Source: an uncultured Alphaproteobacteria bacterium (lineage in GTDB: Bacteria > Pseudomonadota > Alphaproteobacteria > Rhizobiales > Xanthobacteraceae). Taken from it: a DNA stretch of 64,000 nt. The stretch is taken from contig CAVXFY010000009.1 in the NCBI GenBank assembly GCA_963761185.1, forward strand, positions 469,109-533,108. Reading direction: 5' to 3'. Both the position numbers and the translations under genes were made by a program. Positions 16,806-26,271 of the stretch are shown piece by piece. The first letter of the stretch is position 1. Every line of letters begins with the position of its first letter. A model generated the notes under the pieces. That model ran no database searches. It worked only from the letters and a program-made list of their open reading frames with translations, and was not told the origin of the DNA.

Positions 16806-17890
16806 TCATCCGCTCAAGCCCGCGGCCAGCGTCGGGAAATCGAGCGGCTTGAAGCCGTAATGGGCGAGCCAGCGCACGTCGGCCTCGAAGAAGGCGCGCA
16901 GATCCGACATGCCGTATTTGAGCATGGCGATGCGGTCGATGCCCATGCCCCAGGCAAAGCCCTGATACTCGTCGGGATCGAGGCCGCAGTTGCGCAGCAC
17001 GTTGGGATGCACCATGCCGCAGCCGAGAATCTCCAGCCAGTCCTCGCCTTCGCCGAAGCGGATCTCGCCCTTGTCGCGGCGGCACTGGATGTCGACTTCG
17101 AGCGACGGCTCGGTGAACGGGAAGAACGACGGCCGGAAACGCATGTTGACGTTGTCGACCTCGAAGAAGGCCTTGCAGAATTCCTCGCAGGATCCATTTC
17201 AGGTGGCCGAGATGCGAGCTCCTTGTCGATGACGAGACCCTCGACCTGGTGGAACATCGGCGTATGCGTCTGGTCGGAGTCGCTGCGATAGGTGCGGCCC
17301 GGGCAGATGACGCGGATCGGCGGCTTCTGCGTCAGCATGGTGCGCACCTGCACCGGCGAGGTGTGGGTGCGCAGCAGCAGCCGCGAGCCGTCCGGCTTCG
17401 GATTGAAGAAGAACGTGTCGTGCATCTCGCGCGCCGGATGGCCTTCCGGGAAATTCAGCTTGGTGAAATTGTAGTCGTCGGTCTCGATGTCCGGACCTTC
17501 GGCGACGGCAAAACCCATGTCGGCGAAGATCGTGGTCAGTTCGTCGATCACCTGCGTGATCGGATGGACGCGGCCGATCTCGATCGGCGCTTCGCGCACC
17601 GGCAGCGTGACGTCGACGGTTTCGGTATTGAGCCGCGCCTCGAGCGCGGCGTCCTTGAACGCTTCGCGGCGTTCGGCGAGCGCGGCGTTGACGCGATCCT
17701 TCAGCCCGTTGATCAGCGGGCCCTGGCTCTTGCGCTCGTCCGGCGTCATCGTGCCGAGCGTCTTGAGCAGCGCGGAGATCGAGCCGTTCTTGCCGAGCGC
17801 CGCGACGCGCACGGCTTCAAGCGCTGGCTCGTCGCCGGCGGCGGCGATCTCGCCGAGGATTTGTTGTTCGAGCTGAGCGATGTCGGACAT
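16806..17890 (-). pseudogene. pheS: phenylalanine--tRNA ligase alpha subunit, two frame switches near 17170-17215
   Basis: The N-terminal 230 aa are intact up to [20 protein letters not shown] and [32 protein letters not shown] then lie in two other frames (ORF 16806..17144 carries the C-terminus). Confidence 0.9.
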
Positions 17891-17899
17891 GTCTGGCTT

Positions 17900-18400
17900 T
17901 CAATCCGGCAGGAACGGCAGGTCGGTATCGGACGGCTTGCTGCCGGCCTGCGTCAGCATGCAATGAACCTGGCCGCGATGATGTGTCTGGTGATTGAACA
18001 TATGGGTGACCAGCATCCAGCGCGGCCGCGTCCATTCGCGCCCGGTCGCGCCGGAGAAATAGGTCAGGTCATTGGCGAGCCAGGCGTCATCGACAGTGCC
18101 CGCCCAGTCGATGATCTTCTTGTCGAAGGCCACGCGCTCGGACTTCAGCTCGTTCCAGTCGGGATAGACCGAAACGGAGCCGGGAATCCCGACCTCCGGC
18201 CGCGGCAGGTCGGTGAAGCGCGCCATCCAGCTGCGGTCGCCCCACAACAGATGGTTCAGTGTCTTGTGGATCGAGCCGAAGAAAGCGCCGCGCTCCCGAT
18301 TGCGCTCCGCGTCGGAGAGCCGGTCGGCCGCGCCGTACAGATTCTCGTTCTGCCAGCGATTGTAGCGCGCCATGCGCTGGACATAGGCACGGTCGATCAT
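17900..18400 (-). CDS. DinB-family protein
   Basis: 166 aa. [10 protein letters not shown]......LS..E....[18 protein letters not shown] and [11 protein letters not shown] form the DinB/DUF664 metal-binding His pattern. Confidence 0.75.
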   Translation of the reverse strand: MIDRAYVQRMARYNRWQNENLYGAADRLSDAERNRERGAFFGSIHKTLNHLLWGDRSWMARFTDLPRPEVGIPGSVSVYPDWNELKSERVAFDKKIIDWAGTVDDAWLANDLTYFSGATGREWTRPRWMLVTHMFNHQTHHRGQVHCMLTQAGSKPSDTDLPFLPD

Positions 18401-18439
18401 GTGCGCGATCCATTATGGGCGCGCCCGGTCATGACGCGT

Positions 18440-18798
18440 TTATGCCGGAAGCGCGGCCTTGGCCTTCCGACGATCGCCTGGAAGGCCGCCGGCTCGTGGA
18501 TCGCGAGATCCGAGAGCACCTTGCGGTCGACGGTGATGCCGGCTTTGTCGAGGCCCGCGATGAAGCGGCTGTAGTTGAGGCCGAACGGGACGCACCGCGG
18601 CGTTGAGGCGCTGGATCCACAGCGCGCGGAAGGTGCGCTTCTTCCGCTTGCGGTCGCGGAAGGCATATTGATTGGCCTTCTCCACCGCCTGCTTGGCGAT
18701 GCGGATGGTGTTCTTGCGCCGGCCGTAATAGCCCTTGGCGGCCTTGAGACTTTCTTGTGCTTGGCGTGAGAGGTGACGCCGCGTTTGACGCGAGCCAT
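18440..18798 (-). pseudogene. rplT: 50S ribosomal protein L20, three single-nt frame switches
   Basis: [17 protein letters not shown], then [54 protein letters not shown], then [39 protein letters not shown], then KAKAALPA. These alternate between two frames. The sites look like 1-nt changes in short homopolymer runs (gtcctc to gtctc, cc to ccc, aaa to aa). Confidence 0.9.
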
Positions 18799-18870
18799 GA
18801 CTGATCTCCTTCGGAAAGATTGTCGAACGCCGGACGTGGACCGCTCGCTTGAGGGCGAGGGCGGACGCGA

Positions 18871-19071
18871 TCAGCCGTTCGGCAAAAAGTATTTCTTGAT
18901 GTTGTCGCCGTCGGTCTTGAACAGCACGTTGGTGCCGCGCAATTGGCGGATCTGCTTCTTGGTGCGCTTGATCATGCCGTGGCGTTTGCCCGACTGCGCG
19001 TAGAGCACCTTGCCGGTCGCCGTCACCTTGAAGCGCTTTTTCGCGCCCGACTTGGTCTTGATCTTGGGCAT
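18871..19071 (-). CDS. rpmI: 50S ribosomal protein L35
   Basis: [22 protein letters not shown]...[18 protein letters not shown]. The start is at 19071, with a GGAGAG RBS. Confidence 0.95.
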   Translation of the reverse strand: MPKIKTKSGAKKRFKVTATGKVLYAQSGKRHGMIKRTKKQIRQLRGTNVLFKTDGDNIKKYFLPNG

Positions 19072-19097
19072 TTGGCTCTCCTGATAAATAGGCACCA

Positions 19098-19143
19098 CCC
19101 TCACCCGACCCTCTCCCGCGCGCGGGAGAGGGTCGGGTGAGGG
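19098..19143. repeat. REP family C perfect palindrome
   Basis: ccctcacccgaccctctcccgcg/cgcgggagagggtcgggtgaggg, located 27 nt upstream of the rpmI start. Confidence 0.7.
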
Positions 19144-19500
19144 CAGCGCCGGCGATCGTTAATGATCGCGTGCTGATGAGCACTTCACCGCCGCCACGGC
19201 AGCCCTTAATCGGCCGGGCGGCGGGAAGGGCGCGGTTATGGCAGAGAGCGTCGCCAAACGCAATCGGCGGGACTCGCAGCCTGGTGCCGGCGCCAGGCCG
19301 GCGCCGTCTCAGAGCCATTGTGGTTACAGAGTCAGTTTCCAATAGCTTAAATGCCGCAGCAGCCCGGGTCCTCGACACGGCGGCACATCGTTCTCCGGCA
19401 ATGGGATACGATTTTGAGTTAGAACGCACACGTCGCGGCCGAGGCGGCTCACGCGGCGCGACTGTCGTCGTCCTGAGAACGTAGAACATTCCGGCGCCGC

Positions 19501-20040
19501 TTACCGCGGCGCCAGCACCATCACGACTTGGCGGCCCTCGAAGCGGGGCTCCTGTTCGATCTTGGCGATCTTGAGCGTATCGCCTTTGACCCGGTCGAGG
19601 AGCTTGTAGCCGAGCTCCTGGTGCGCCATTTCGCGGCCGCGGAAGCGCAAGGTCACCTTGACCTTGTCGCCTTCCTCGAAGAACCGCTGCATCGAGCGCA
19701 TTTTCACCTCGTAATCGTGATCGTCGATCATCGGCCGGAGCTTGATCTCCTTGATCTCGACGACCTTCTGCTTCTTGCGCGCTTCGGCGGCTTTCTTCTG
19801 GGCCTGATATTTGTATTTGCCGAAATCGAGAATCTTGCAGACCGGCGGAACCGAATTCGGCGCGATCTCGACCAGATCGAGCCCGGCTTCCTGCGCCATG
19901 GCGATGGCGGCGTTAATCTCGGTGACGCCCTTGTTGGCGCCGTCTTTGTCGATGAGTTGGACCTCGCGAACGCGGATGTCCTCGTTGATGCGCGGCCCAT
20001 CCTTGGTGGCGGGCTGCGGCAGTCTGATGGGGCGACGAAT
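19501..20040 (-). CDS. infC: translation initiation factor IF-3 (ATT start)
   Basis: The frame is open upstream of the track ORF (19501..19899) back to ATT at 20040: (I)[38 protein letters not shown]..., followed by LDLVEI......PVCKI.DFGKYKY and the C-terminal domain. A non-AUG (AUU) start is the established autoregulatory feature of infC. Confidence 0.9.
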   Translation of the reverse strand: MRRPIRLPQPATKDGPRINEDIRVREVQLIDKDGANKGVTEINAAIAMAQEAGLDLVEIAPNSVPPVCKILDFGKYKYQAQKKAAEARKKQKVVEIKEIKLRPMIDDHDYEVKMRSMQRFFEEGDKVKVTLRFRGREMAHQELGYKLLDRVKGDTLKIAKIEQEPRFEGRQVVMVLAPR

Positions 20041-20328
20041 GGGTAATGTCTCCTGTGTGGTTGCGACGATGTCGTTATAACGATGGGCTGTGGCTTACGC
20101 GTTACGCATTACAAATCCGCATCGCACGATACGATGGACCTTGATCGGCGATGCCGGACGATAACACCGAGAATCAAGCGTTTTTTGCTTTAAGTCAACG
20201 CCAATACACGTTCGGCCTGGGGCCCAAGCGCTAGGGCCAAGCTTGTCGACATGATTTATGTTCCCTCACCGCGACCTGCTACCTCCCTTGCTCTCCCTTT
20301 GCTCCCGCGCCGCCAGCCGAAGCCCACA

Positions 20329-21135
20329 ATGAACGATAACAGCCTGAAATTCCTGCACATTGGCGAAGGTATCGACCGCCGCGCCATCGCCGTGCGCGAG
20401 CCAGAGCGCCGGCGCGCCGCCCGGGCTGGTCTGGCTCGGCGGCTACAAGTCCGACATGAAGGGCACCAAGGCGGCCGCGCTCGCCGATTGGGCGGCAAGC
20501 AAAGGCCGCGCCTGCCTCCGTTTCGACTATTCCGGCCATGGTGAATCGGGTGGCGACCTTCACCGACGGCACGATCTCGCGCTGGCTCGCCGAAAGCTTG
20601 ATGGTGTTTCACGCCTGCTGCCGCGGGCCGCAGATTTTGATCGGCTCGTCGATGGGCGGCTGGCTCGCGCTGCTGCTCATTCGCGAATTGCGGCGGCGGC
20701 CGCCCCCTCCCCCGCAAGCGGGAGAGGGAAGCGCTGCGGCGAGCGTCGCCGGCGCTCGTCCTCATCGCGCCGGCGGTGGATTTCACCGAAGAATTGATGT
20801 GGAAACGCTTCACGCCCGAGATCAAGCGCGAGCTCGCGGACAAAGGCGTATGGGCGCGGCCGTCGGAATATTCGGCGGAGCCCTATCTCGTCACCCGGCA
20901 ATTGATCGAAGACGGCCGCAACCATCTTCTGCTCGGCGGCATGATCGAGACCGGCTGTCCGGTGCGCATCCTGCAAGGCGTCGAAGATCCCGACGTGCCG
21001 TGGCAGCACGCCAAAGCGCTGGTGGCGCGGCTCGCTTGCGACGATGTCGTGCTGACTCTGATCAAAGACGGCGATCATCGCCTGTCGCGGCCGGAAGATA
21101 TCGAGCGGCTCATCGCGGCCGTGGCGGAGTTCTGA
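20329..21135 (+). pseudogene. alpha/beta hydrolase, three +1 frame switches and an internal REP-like palindrome
   Basis: MNDNSLKFLHIGEG (frame of ORF 20251), then PGLVWLGGYKSDMKGTKA..LRFDYSGHGESGG (ORF 20360), then FTDGTISRWL...ILIGSSMGGWLALLL with the nucleophile elbow GSSMGG (ORF 20538), then LVLIAPAVDFTEEL...DGDHRLS (ORF 20776). Confidence 0.8.
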
Positions 21136-21160
21136 TGCTGATTTCCCGAACGTGACGCCG

Positions 21161-22705
21161 TCAGGCAGCCTTTGTCCCGCGCAGTTGCTCATTGCCGGGC
21201 CGGCGCTCCGGCCACGCTGACGACATCGCCTCTTCTTCGGCCTCCTGCGGCGCGCCCCAGAATTCGGCGAGCGTCGGGCCGTGTTTCAGGCGGCGGTCGC
21301 GGAAAAAGAAGTTGCGCAATTCGTAGGGCCAGACGCGGCGTCCCATTTGGGTGTACCAGCGCATTGCCTGGCGCAGGCCGGCGTCGCGGTGGAACAGGAT
21401 ACGCGCGAGCGCTTTCGGCCGCGAGTGCAGCACCATTTCAGTGAACTTGAACCAGAGCAACACCCGCCACGGCGGCATGTGGCGCGTCGCCAGCACCTGG
21501 TGCTTGTAATCCCAGCGGCGCCGGTCGGTCTGGATCACGTGGCGATCCGCGGCGAGCTTGAAATACGGCGTCCAGCGGTGCGGGGTGACATAGAGCATCT
21601 GGATCTGATCGGGATCGAGTGACAGAAGTTGCCGCAGGCCGTGCCAATGGTCGCGGTCGGTTTCTTCTTCGAAGCCGACCAGCCATGTCGCCATGGACAA
21701 AATTCCGTGCTGGCGCATCAGGCGGATGGCTTCGCGGTCGGTCGAGGTCTCAGCGCCCTTCCTGATGAGCGCGAGCGTTTTTTCGTCGGTGCCTTCCAGG
21801 CCCAGAAGGAAGCGCACCCAGCCGGCTTTTTTGTAGAGATGAAGAATGTCGGCGTCGCGCACGATGTCGTCGGCGCGCGTCGAGCCGACCAGGATCAGAT
21901 CGACGTTTTCGGCGATCAAGGCTTCGAGAAAGGCGCGCCAGGCTTTCTTTGATACCGTCGGATTTTCGTCGGCGAAATTGATGACTTTGACGCCATGCTC
22001 GCGGTGCAGCCGCGCCAGCTCTTTCGCGAACAGGACAGGATCGCGATGCCGCCACCGCGTCCAGAAGCCGCGCTGGCCGCAATAATTGCAAAGATGCGGA
22101 CAGCCGCGCGAGAACTGCACGACGACGGCGCGATAGCCGCCCCAATAGCTGTAGCGGGCGTGATCGATGAGTTCCCAGCCGACGCGATAGGCGTCGAGAT
22201 CGCGGATCACCGAGGCCGGCTGAGTCGCGCGCGGGCCGCGGGCGGTGCGATAGGCAATCCCGGCGATGTCGTCCAGATTGTCGCCGCGCTGCAGCGCGGC
22301 CATCAGGCGGCGCGCGGTTTCTTCGCCTTCGCCGCGCACGATCGCGGTGACGTAAGGCTCGTCGCGCAGAATTTCGCGCCAGTGATAGGTCGGGAATACG
22401 CCGCCATAAACGATACGTGCGTGCGGCAGCGCGACGCTGATCGCTTGCGCCACTTGCGCGATCCCCGGATGACCGGAGGTCGAGCCGGAATGTCCAAACA
22501 GCACCGCATGCGGCGAGAAGCGGGCGGCCTCCGCAACGATAGCCGACATCGGCATCGGGCCGAACTCGCCGTCGATCAATTTGACGGCGTGTCCGTCGTC
22601 GATCAGCGGGCCGCCGATCGACAGCAGGCCGAGCGGCGGCAAGTGGTCGTCGGGGATGCGGCTGCCGATGGCGGGATGCGGCACGTTGACGAGAAGGATG
22701 CGCAT
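21161..22705 (-). CDS. B12-binding-domain radical SAM enzyme (class B, BchE/P-methylase-like)
   Basis: 514 aa. The N-terminal MRILLVNVPHP...PPLGLLSIGG.L...GH.V.LID is a cobalamin-binding Rossmann-type region. The radical SAM cluster motif is CPHLCNYC. Confidence 0.8.
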   Translation of the reverse strand: MRILLVNVPHPAIGSRIPDDHLPPLGLLSIGGPLIDDGHAVKLIDGEFGPMPMSAIVAEAARFSPHAVLFGHSGSTSGHPGIAQVAQAISVALPHARIVYGGVFPTYHWREILRDEPYVTAIVRGEGEETARRLMAALQRGDNLDDIAGIAYRTARGPRATQPASVIRDLDAYRVGWELIDHARYSYWGGYRAVVVQFSRGCPHLCNYCGQRGFWTRWRHRDPVLFAKELARLHREHGVKVINFADENPTVSKKAWRAFLEALIAENVDLILVGSTRADDIVRDADILHLYKKAGWVRFLLGLEGTDEKTLALIRKGAETSTDREAIRLMRQHGILSMATWLVGFEEETDRDHWHGLRQLLSLDPDQIQMLYVTPHRWTPYFKLAADRHVIQTDRRRWDYKHQVLATRHMPPWRVLLWFKFTEMVLHSRPKALARILFHRDAGLRQAMRWYTQMGRRVWPYELRNFFFRDRRLKHGPTLAEFWGAPQEAEEEAMSSAWPERRPGNEQLRGTKAA

Positions 22706-22718
22706 GGTCGGCTCCTCC

Positions 22719-23507
22719 TCATGTCAGGCTCAAGGCGGGTTCGGCGGCCGGCTCGGCGGCGGGCTCGCCAGTTTGCGGTTGCAGACCGCCGAACCGCCGC
22801 TCGCGCCGGTGAAAGGCATCGAGCGCACCGGCGAGATCCTCCGCCGCGAAATCCGGCCACATCCGCTCGGTGAAATAGAATTCGGCATAGGCGCTTTCCC
22901 AGAGCAGGAAATCGGACAGCCGCTTCTCGCCGCTGGTGCGGATGATGAGATCGACGTCGCGAAACTCGGCCTCGCCGGTGACGAGTTGCGAAAACATTTC
23001 GCGGGTGAGATGACCCATACCCGCCGCCTGCATCGCGGCGTTGAGGATCGCGTCGCGCGCCGAATAATCGATGGCGATGCGCAGATTGAGCGCGTCGCCG
23101 TTGCCCGTGGCGGCTTCCGCCTGCGCGATCGCTGACGCGATGCCGTCGGGCAGGCGATCGCGGCGGCCGATCACTTTGAGGCGGACGCCGCTCTTGGCGA
23201 GGCTTTCGATCTCGTTCGCCAGATAAAAGCGAAGGAGCCCCATCAGCGCCGCGACTTCCGCTCTCGGCCGCCGCCAATTGTCGCTGGAAAACGCATAGAG
23301 GGTCAGCGTGCCGACGCCTTGCTCCGGCGCGGCTTCGACGACGCGGCGGATGGCTTCGACGCCGGCTTCGTGGCCGCGCACGCGCGGCAGACGCCGCCGG
23401 GCGGCCCAGCGCCCATTCCCGTCCATGATGATGCCGACATGAAGCTTGGCCGTAAGCCTGGCTGTCAGTTTGGCTGTAAGTTTGGGCGAGAGAGTGCTTT
23501 GCATCAC
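22719..23507 (-). CDS. cis-prenyltransferase (UppS / isoprenyl transferase family) paralogue-like
   Basis: [56 protein letters not shown] are the signature blocks of di-trans,poly-cis prenyl diphosphate synthases. The GTG at 23507 or the ATG at 23504 has a GGAGA RBS. Confidence 0.85.
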   Translation of the reverse strand: MMQSTLSPKLTAKLTARLTAKLHVGIIMDGNGRWAARRRLPRVRGHEAGVEAIRRVVEAAPEQGVGTLTLYAFSSDNWRRPRAEVAALMGLLRFYLANEIESLAKSGVRLKVIGRRDRLPDGIASAIAQAEAATGNGDALNLRIAIDYSARDAILNAAMQAAGMGHLTREMFSQLVTGEAEFRDVDLIIRTSGEKRLSDFLLWESAYAEFYFTERMWPDFAAEDLAGALDAFHRRERRFGGLQPQTGEPAAEPAAEPALSLT

Positions 23508-23538
23508 AAAGTCTCCATGTAAAAAAACCGCAAGAATT

Positions 23539-23976
23539 TTAAGCCGGGAGGATCTTCAGGCGCGCAGACGTTGTTTCCTGCTTGGTCTCTTGCTTGACGT
23601 CCTGTTTGCTCTCGAGCTTGCCCGCGGCTTTTGCCGCGTCGCGCACCAGCTGTTCAAGCACGGCGAGGTAATCGAGAAAGCGCCGGCGGCCGGTTTTGGT
23701 GAGGCGGCAGGTGGTGTGCGGCCGGTTGCCCTCGTAGCCCTTGATGACTTCGACCAGGCCCGCCTCCTGCAACACTTGCAGATGACGGCTGAGATTGCCG
23801 TCGGTGAGTGCGCAAAGCTGTTTCAGATCGGCGAACGACAGGCCCTTGGGATGCGCCATCAGCGAAGTGAGCAGGCCGAGCCGCGCCTTCTCGTGAATGA
23901 CGCGATCGAGACCGTCATAGGAAAACGGCGCGCTGTTATGATTGTCAGTGCTCGGCATCGGTTTCCTCGGAGGCAA
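23539..23976 (-). CDS. winged-helix transcriptional regulator (ArsR/MarR-like HTH)
   Basis: [51 protein letters not shown]......P.T...LT..GR..F..YL. The tail carries the repeats [12 protein letters not shown]. The start may instead be at 23958. Confidence 0.7.
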   Translation of the reverse strand: MPPRKPMPSTDNHNSAPFSYDGLDRVIHEKARLGLLTSLMAHPKGLSFADLKQLCALTDGNLSRHLQVLQEAGLVEVIKGYEGNRPHTTCRLTKTGRRRFLDYLAVLEQLVRDAAKAAGKLESKQDVKQETKQETTSARLKILPA

Positions 23977-24562
23977 TGTGCAGAAGAGCCGCCATCAGCA
24001 ATTGGCCGATGACGAAAGGCAGGCCCATCGTCCACGGCGACAGCGTGTGACTGGCGCTGCCGAACAGCAGGACGGTAAATCCGGCAATGAAGTACCACGC
24101 GCCTACCAGCGCGACGCTGCGCGGCAGCGACCGCACCGAGGCGAAGATGCCGAGACTGACCAGCACCTGCCATAGTCCCGGCAACAGCCAGAGCGTTTCC
24201 GGCGCGAATTTCCACAGCATGACCGCGAGCAGGAGGCCGGCGATAGCGGCCGGCAAAAACTGCTCCACCGCCTGCTGCACCATGGCGTCGGCGAGACCGG
24301 AATGATGACGGCGCGAGCGCGCCCGCATCTCGATGAAGATCATCGCCGCCGACACCAGCGCCGCCGCGGTCCAGCCGAAGAAGAACGTCAGCGGATGCGC
24401 GGTCGCATCGTCGAGCCAGAGGATTTGAACGAAGGCGGTGATCAAGGCCACAGCGCCGGTCGCAGCAACGGCCGTCGGCCCATAGCCTTGAAAGGCCGTT
24501 CCCGCCGCAATTTGGCTGCGGATCGCTAAGATATCGGCCAGCGCCTTGTCGAGATCGGGCAT
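23945..24562 (-). CDS. hypothetical multi-pass membrane protein
   Basis: 205 aa with about 6 hydrophobic segments. It overlaps the downstream wHTH gene by 32 nt. Confidence 0.6.
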   Translation of the reverse strand: MPDLDKALADILAIRSQIAAGTAFQGYGPTAVAATGAVALITAFVQILWLDDATAHPLTFFFGWTAAALVSAAMIFIEMRARSRRHHSGLADAMVQQAVEQFLPAAIAGLLLAVMLWKFAPETLWLLPGLWQVLVSLGIFASVRSLPRSVALVGAWYFIAGFTVLLFGSASHTLSPWTMGLPFVIGQLLMAALLHIASEETDAEH

Positions 24563-24691
24563 CGCCAGCTATCCCGCGCTGATTTAACTTTGCAATGCAA
24601 AGTAAGCACGGCGGCAAAGTAAAAGCAAGCCCGGAGGTCGATATTTTTGGCGCCCCGCGTCGCTATAGCGGGACGAAGCCGTTTCGCGCGT

Positions 24692-26011
24692 CTACAACGT
24701 CGGGACCGACTTCGGATCGGACAGGCGCAGCGGCGCCGCCGAGTAACTGAACAAATCGCCGCGCGCCACTTTGCCGGTGCGGTCGACTTCGAAGGTGACG
24801 GCGGAAATGGTTTTCTTGTCGATCGTCAGTTTCATGAAGCCCCAGGCATCGTCGCAGGCGTATTTCAGCACGGCGCCGGTATCGGGCGCCTTGGCGCCGG
24901 CTTTGCTGTGGACCTTGTGGAGATTGTGATAGCCGCCATTGCCGGTGACGATGAACGGCGTCGGCGAGCCCTTCACGATTGTCTGCTCGATGCGCTGATA
25001 GTCGTGAACATGGCCGGTCAGGACCAGATTGGGGACGCGGCCGGTATCGCGGATCGCGTTTTCGAGCACGTCCGCCATTTTCGAACTGCCGCTGTGAAAG
25101 ACGTCGAACGAATAGATCGGGTGATGCAGCGCGAGGATCAGCGCCCGATCCTCGGGCGCGGTGGCGAATTCGTTGGTCAGCCATTGCTGCTGCACCGAGT
25201 CGATCGAGCCGCCTTCCGGCACATTCGTATACATGCCGATGATGGTGGCGAGCGGCGTGACGAAGGTCCAATAGACATTGGGCAGATTCATCTGGACGCG
25301 CGGACAATCCTTGGCGATCGGGTCGACGTCGGGATTGGCCTGCATGAAGAAATCGACCCAGCCGTCGAGCGACGTCTGCGCCGTGGGATCGTCGACCTCG
25401 CCGTCGTGATTGCCGGGAATGGCGAAGATCGGCGCCTCGTAATGGGCGTATGGTTCGTAGAATTGCGCGTAGTAATCGTCGTGCATGCCGGTGAAGTAGA
25501 CGACGTCGCCGACATGGTAGCAGAATTGCGGTTTGCCGCCCTTGCCGCTCGTCAGATCGTCGATCATTTGTGCGGCGACATTGTTCTGAAACTCGCCGTC
25601 TTGCACGCCGCCGCTATCGCCGACGACGTGAAACACCATCTGGTCTTGGATATTCTTGGCGATGTCGGGAAATCTGCCGGAAATATCGTAGTGATAAGGC
25701 GGCGCACTGAGCGGCCGGGGCAGCGGTTGAAAACTGACATTACGATGGGTGACCGGGTCCAGCGCCGCGACGCCGCCATGCGCTTGCGAGCTCTTGACTT
25801 GGGGCCGCGGCCGCACCTCGCCCGGCCGCAGCGAGTTGCGCGCAGCGACGGTCTGCGGATTTTGGTCCGCGGCGCTTGTTGCGGGAGATGCACTAGAGCT
25901 CGCCGCAGCCGCGCCCGGAACATTTTGCCGCGAAGTTCGCGAACGCGAGGTTGCGGCGCGTGAAGCTTTGGCCTGGGAAGTGCGACGTTTTGCTTTGGCT
26001 GGAGATTTCAT
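24692..26011 (-). CDS. metallophosphoesterase (calcineurin-like)
   Basis: The phosphoesterase metal-ligand blocks are FHVVGDSG, GDVVY, GNHD and LHHP..S...H / TGHVHDY. The N-terminus is long, basic and low-complexity. Confidence 0.75.
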   Translation of the reverse strand: MKSPAKAKRRTSQAKASRAATSRSRTSRQNVPGAAAASSSASPATSAADQNPQTVAARNSLRPGEVRPRPQVKSSQAHGGVAALDPVTHRNVSFQPLPRPLSAPPYHYDISGRFPDIAKNIQDQMVFHVVGDSGGVQDGEFQNNVAAQMIDDLTSGKGGKPQFCYHVGDVVYFTGMHDDYYAQFYEPYAHYEAPIFAIPGNHDGEVDDPTAQTSLDGWVDFFMQANPDVDPIAKDCPRVQMNLPNVYWTFVTPLATIIGMYTNVPEGGSIDSVQQQWLTNEFATAPEDRALILALHHPIYSFDVFHSGSSKMADVLENAIRDTGRVPNLVLTGHVHDYQRIEQTIVKGSPTPFIVTGNGGYHNLHKVHSKAGAKAPDTGAVLKYACDDAWGFMKLTIDKKTISAVTFEVDRTGKVARGDLFSYSAAPLRLSDPKSVPTL

Positions 26012-26271
26012 AGGACGCCCCTCATTGAGCTCCCCGAACTGAGCGCCGGGTGAGCATGTCGAGACAATCGCTGATGCAACTGCAAGTTTAGTCTAATCTG
26101 ACGTCGGCAACAAGCGGCGGCATCGCGTTTAGGCGCGGCTCGCGCAAAGACGAAGCGGTGCACGCGCGATCTCGCCACAGCCGATGTCATGGTGTAGTCG
26201 CACAATGTAACGCTTTGTCGAACGGAACCCTGCGCAATTTGGCGTAACGCCGCGCGGCGAGGAGCAACGCA

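Noticed and set aside
13863-18798. Programmed ribosomal frameshifting or recoding as an explanation for the broken pheT, pheS and rplT genes
   Set aside because: There are too many switches (10 in pheT alone, four within about 130 nt), they go in both directions, and there are no slippery heptamers or downstream stimulators. These genes are not known to be recoded.
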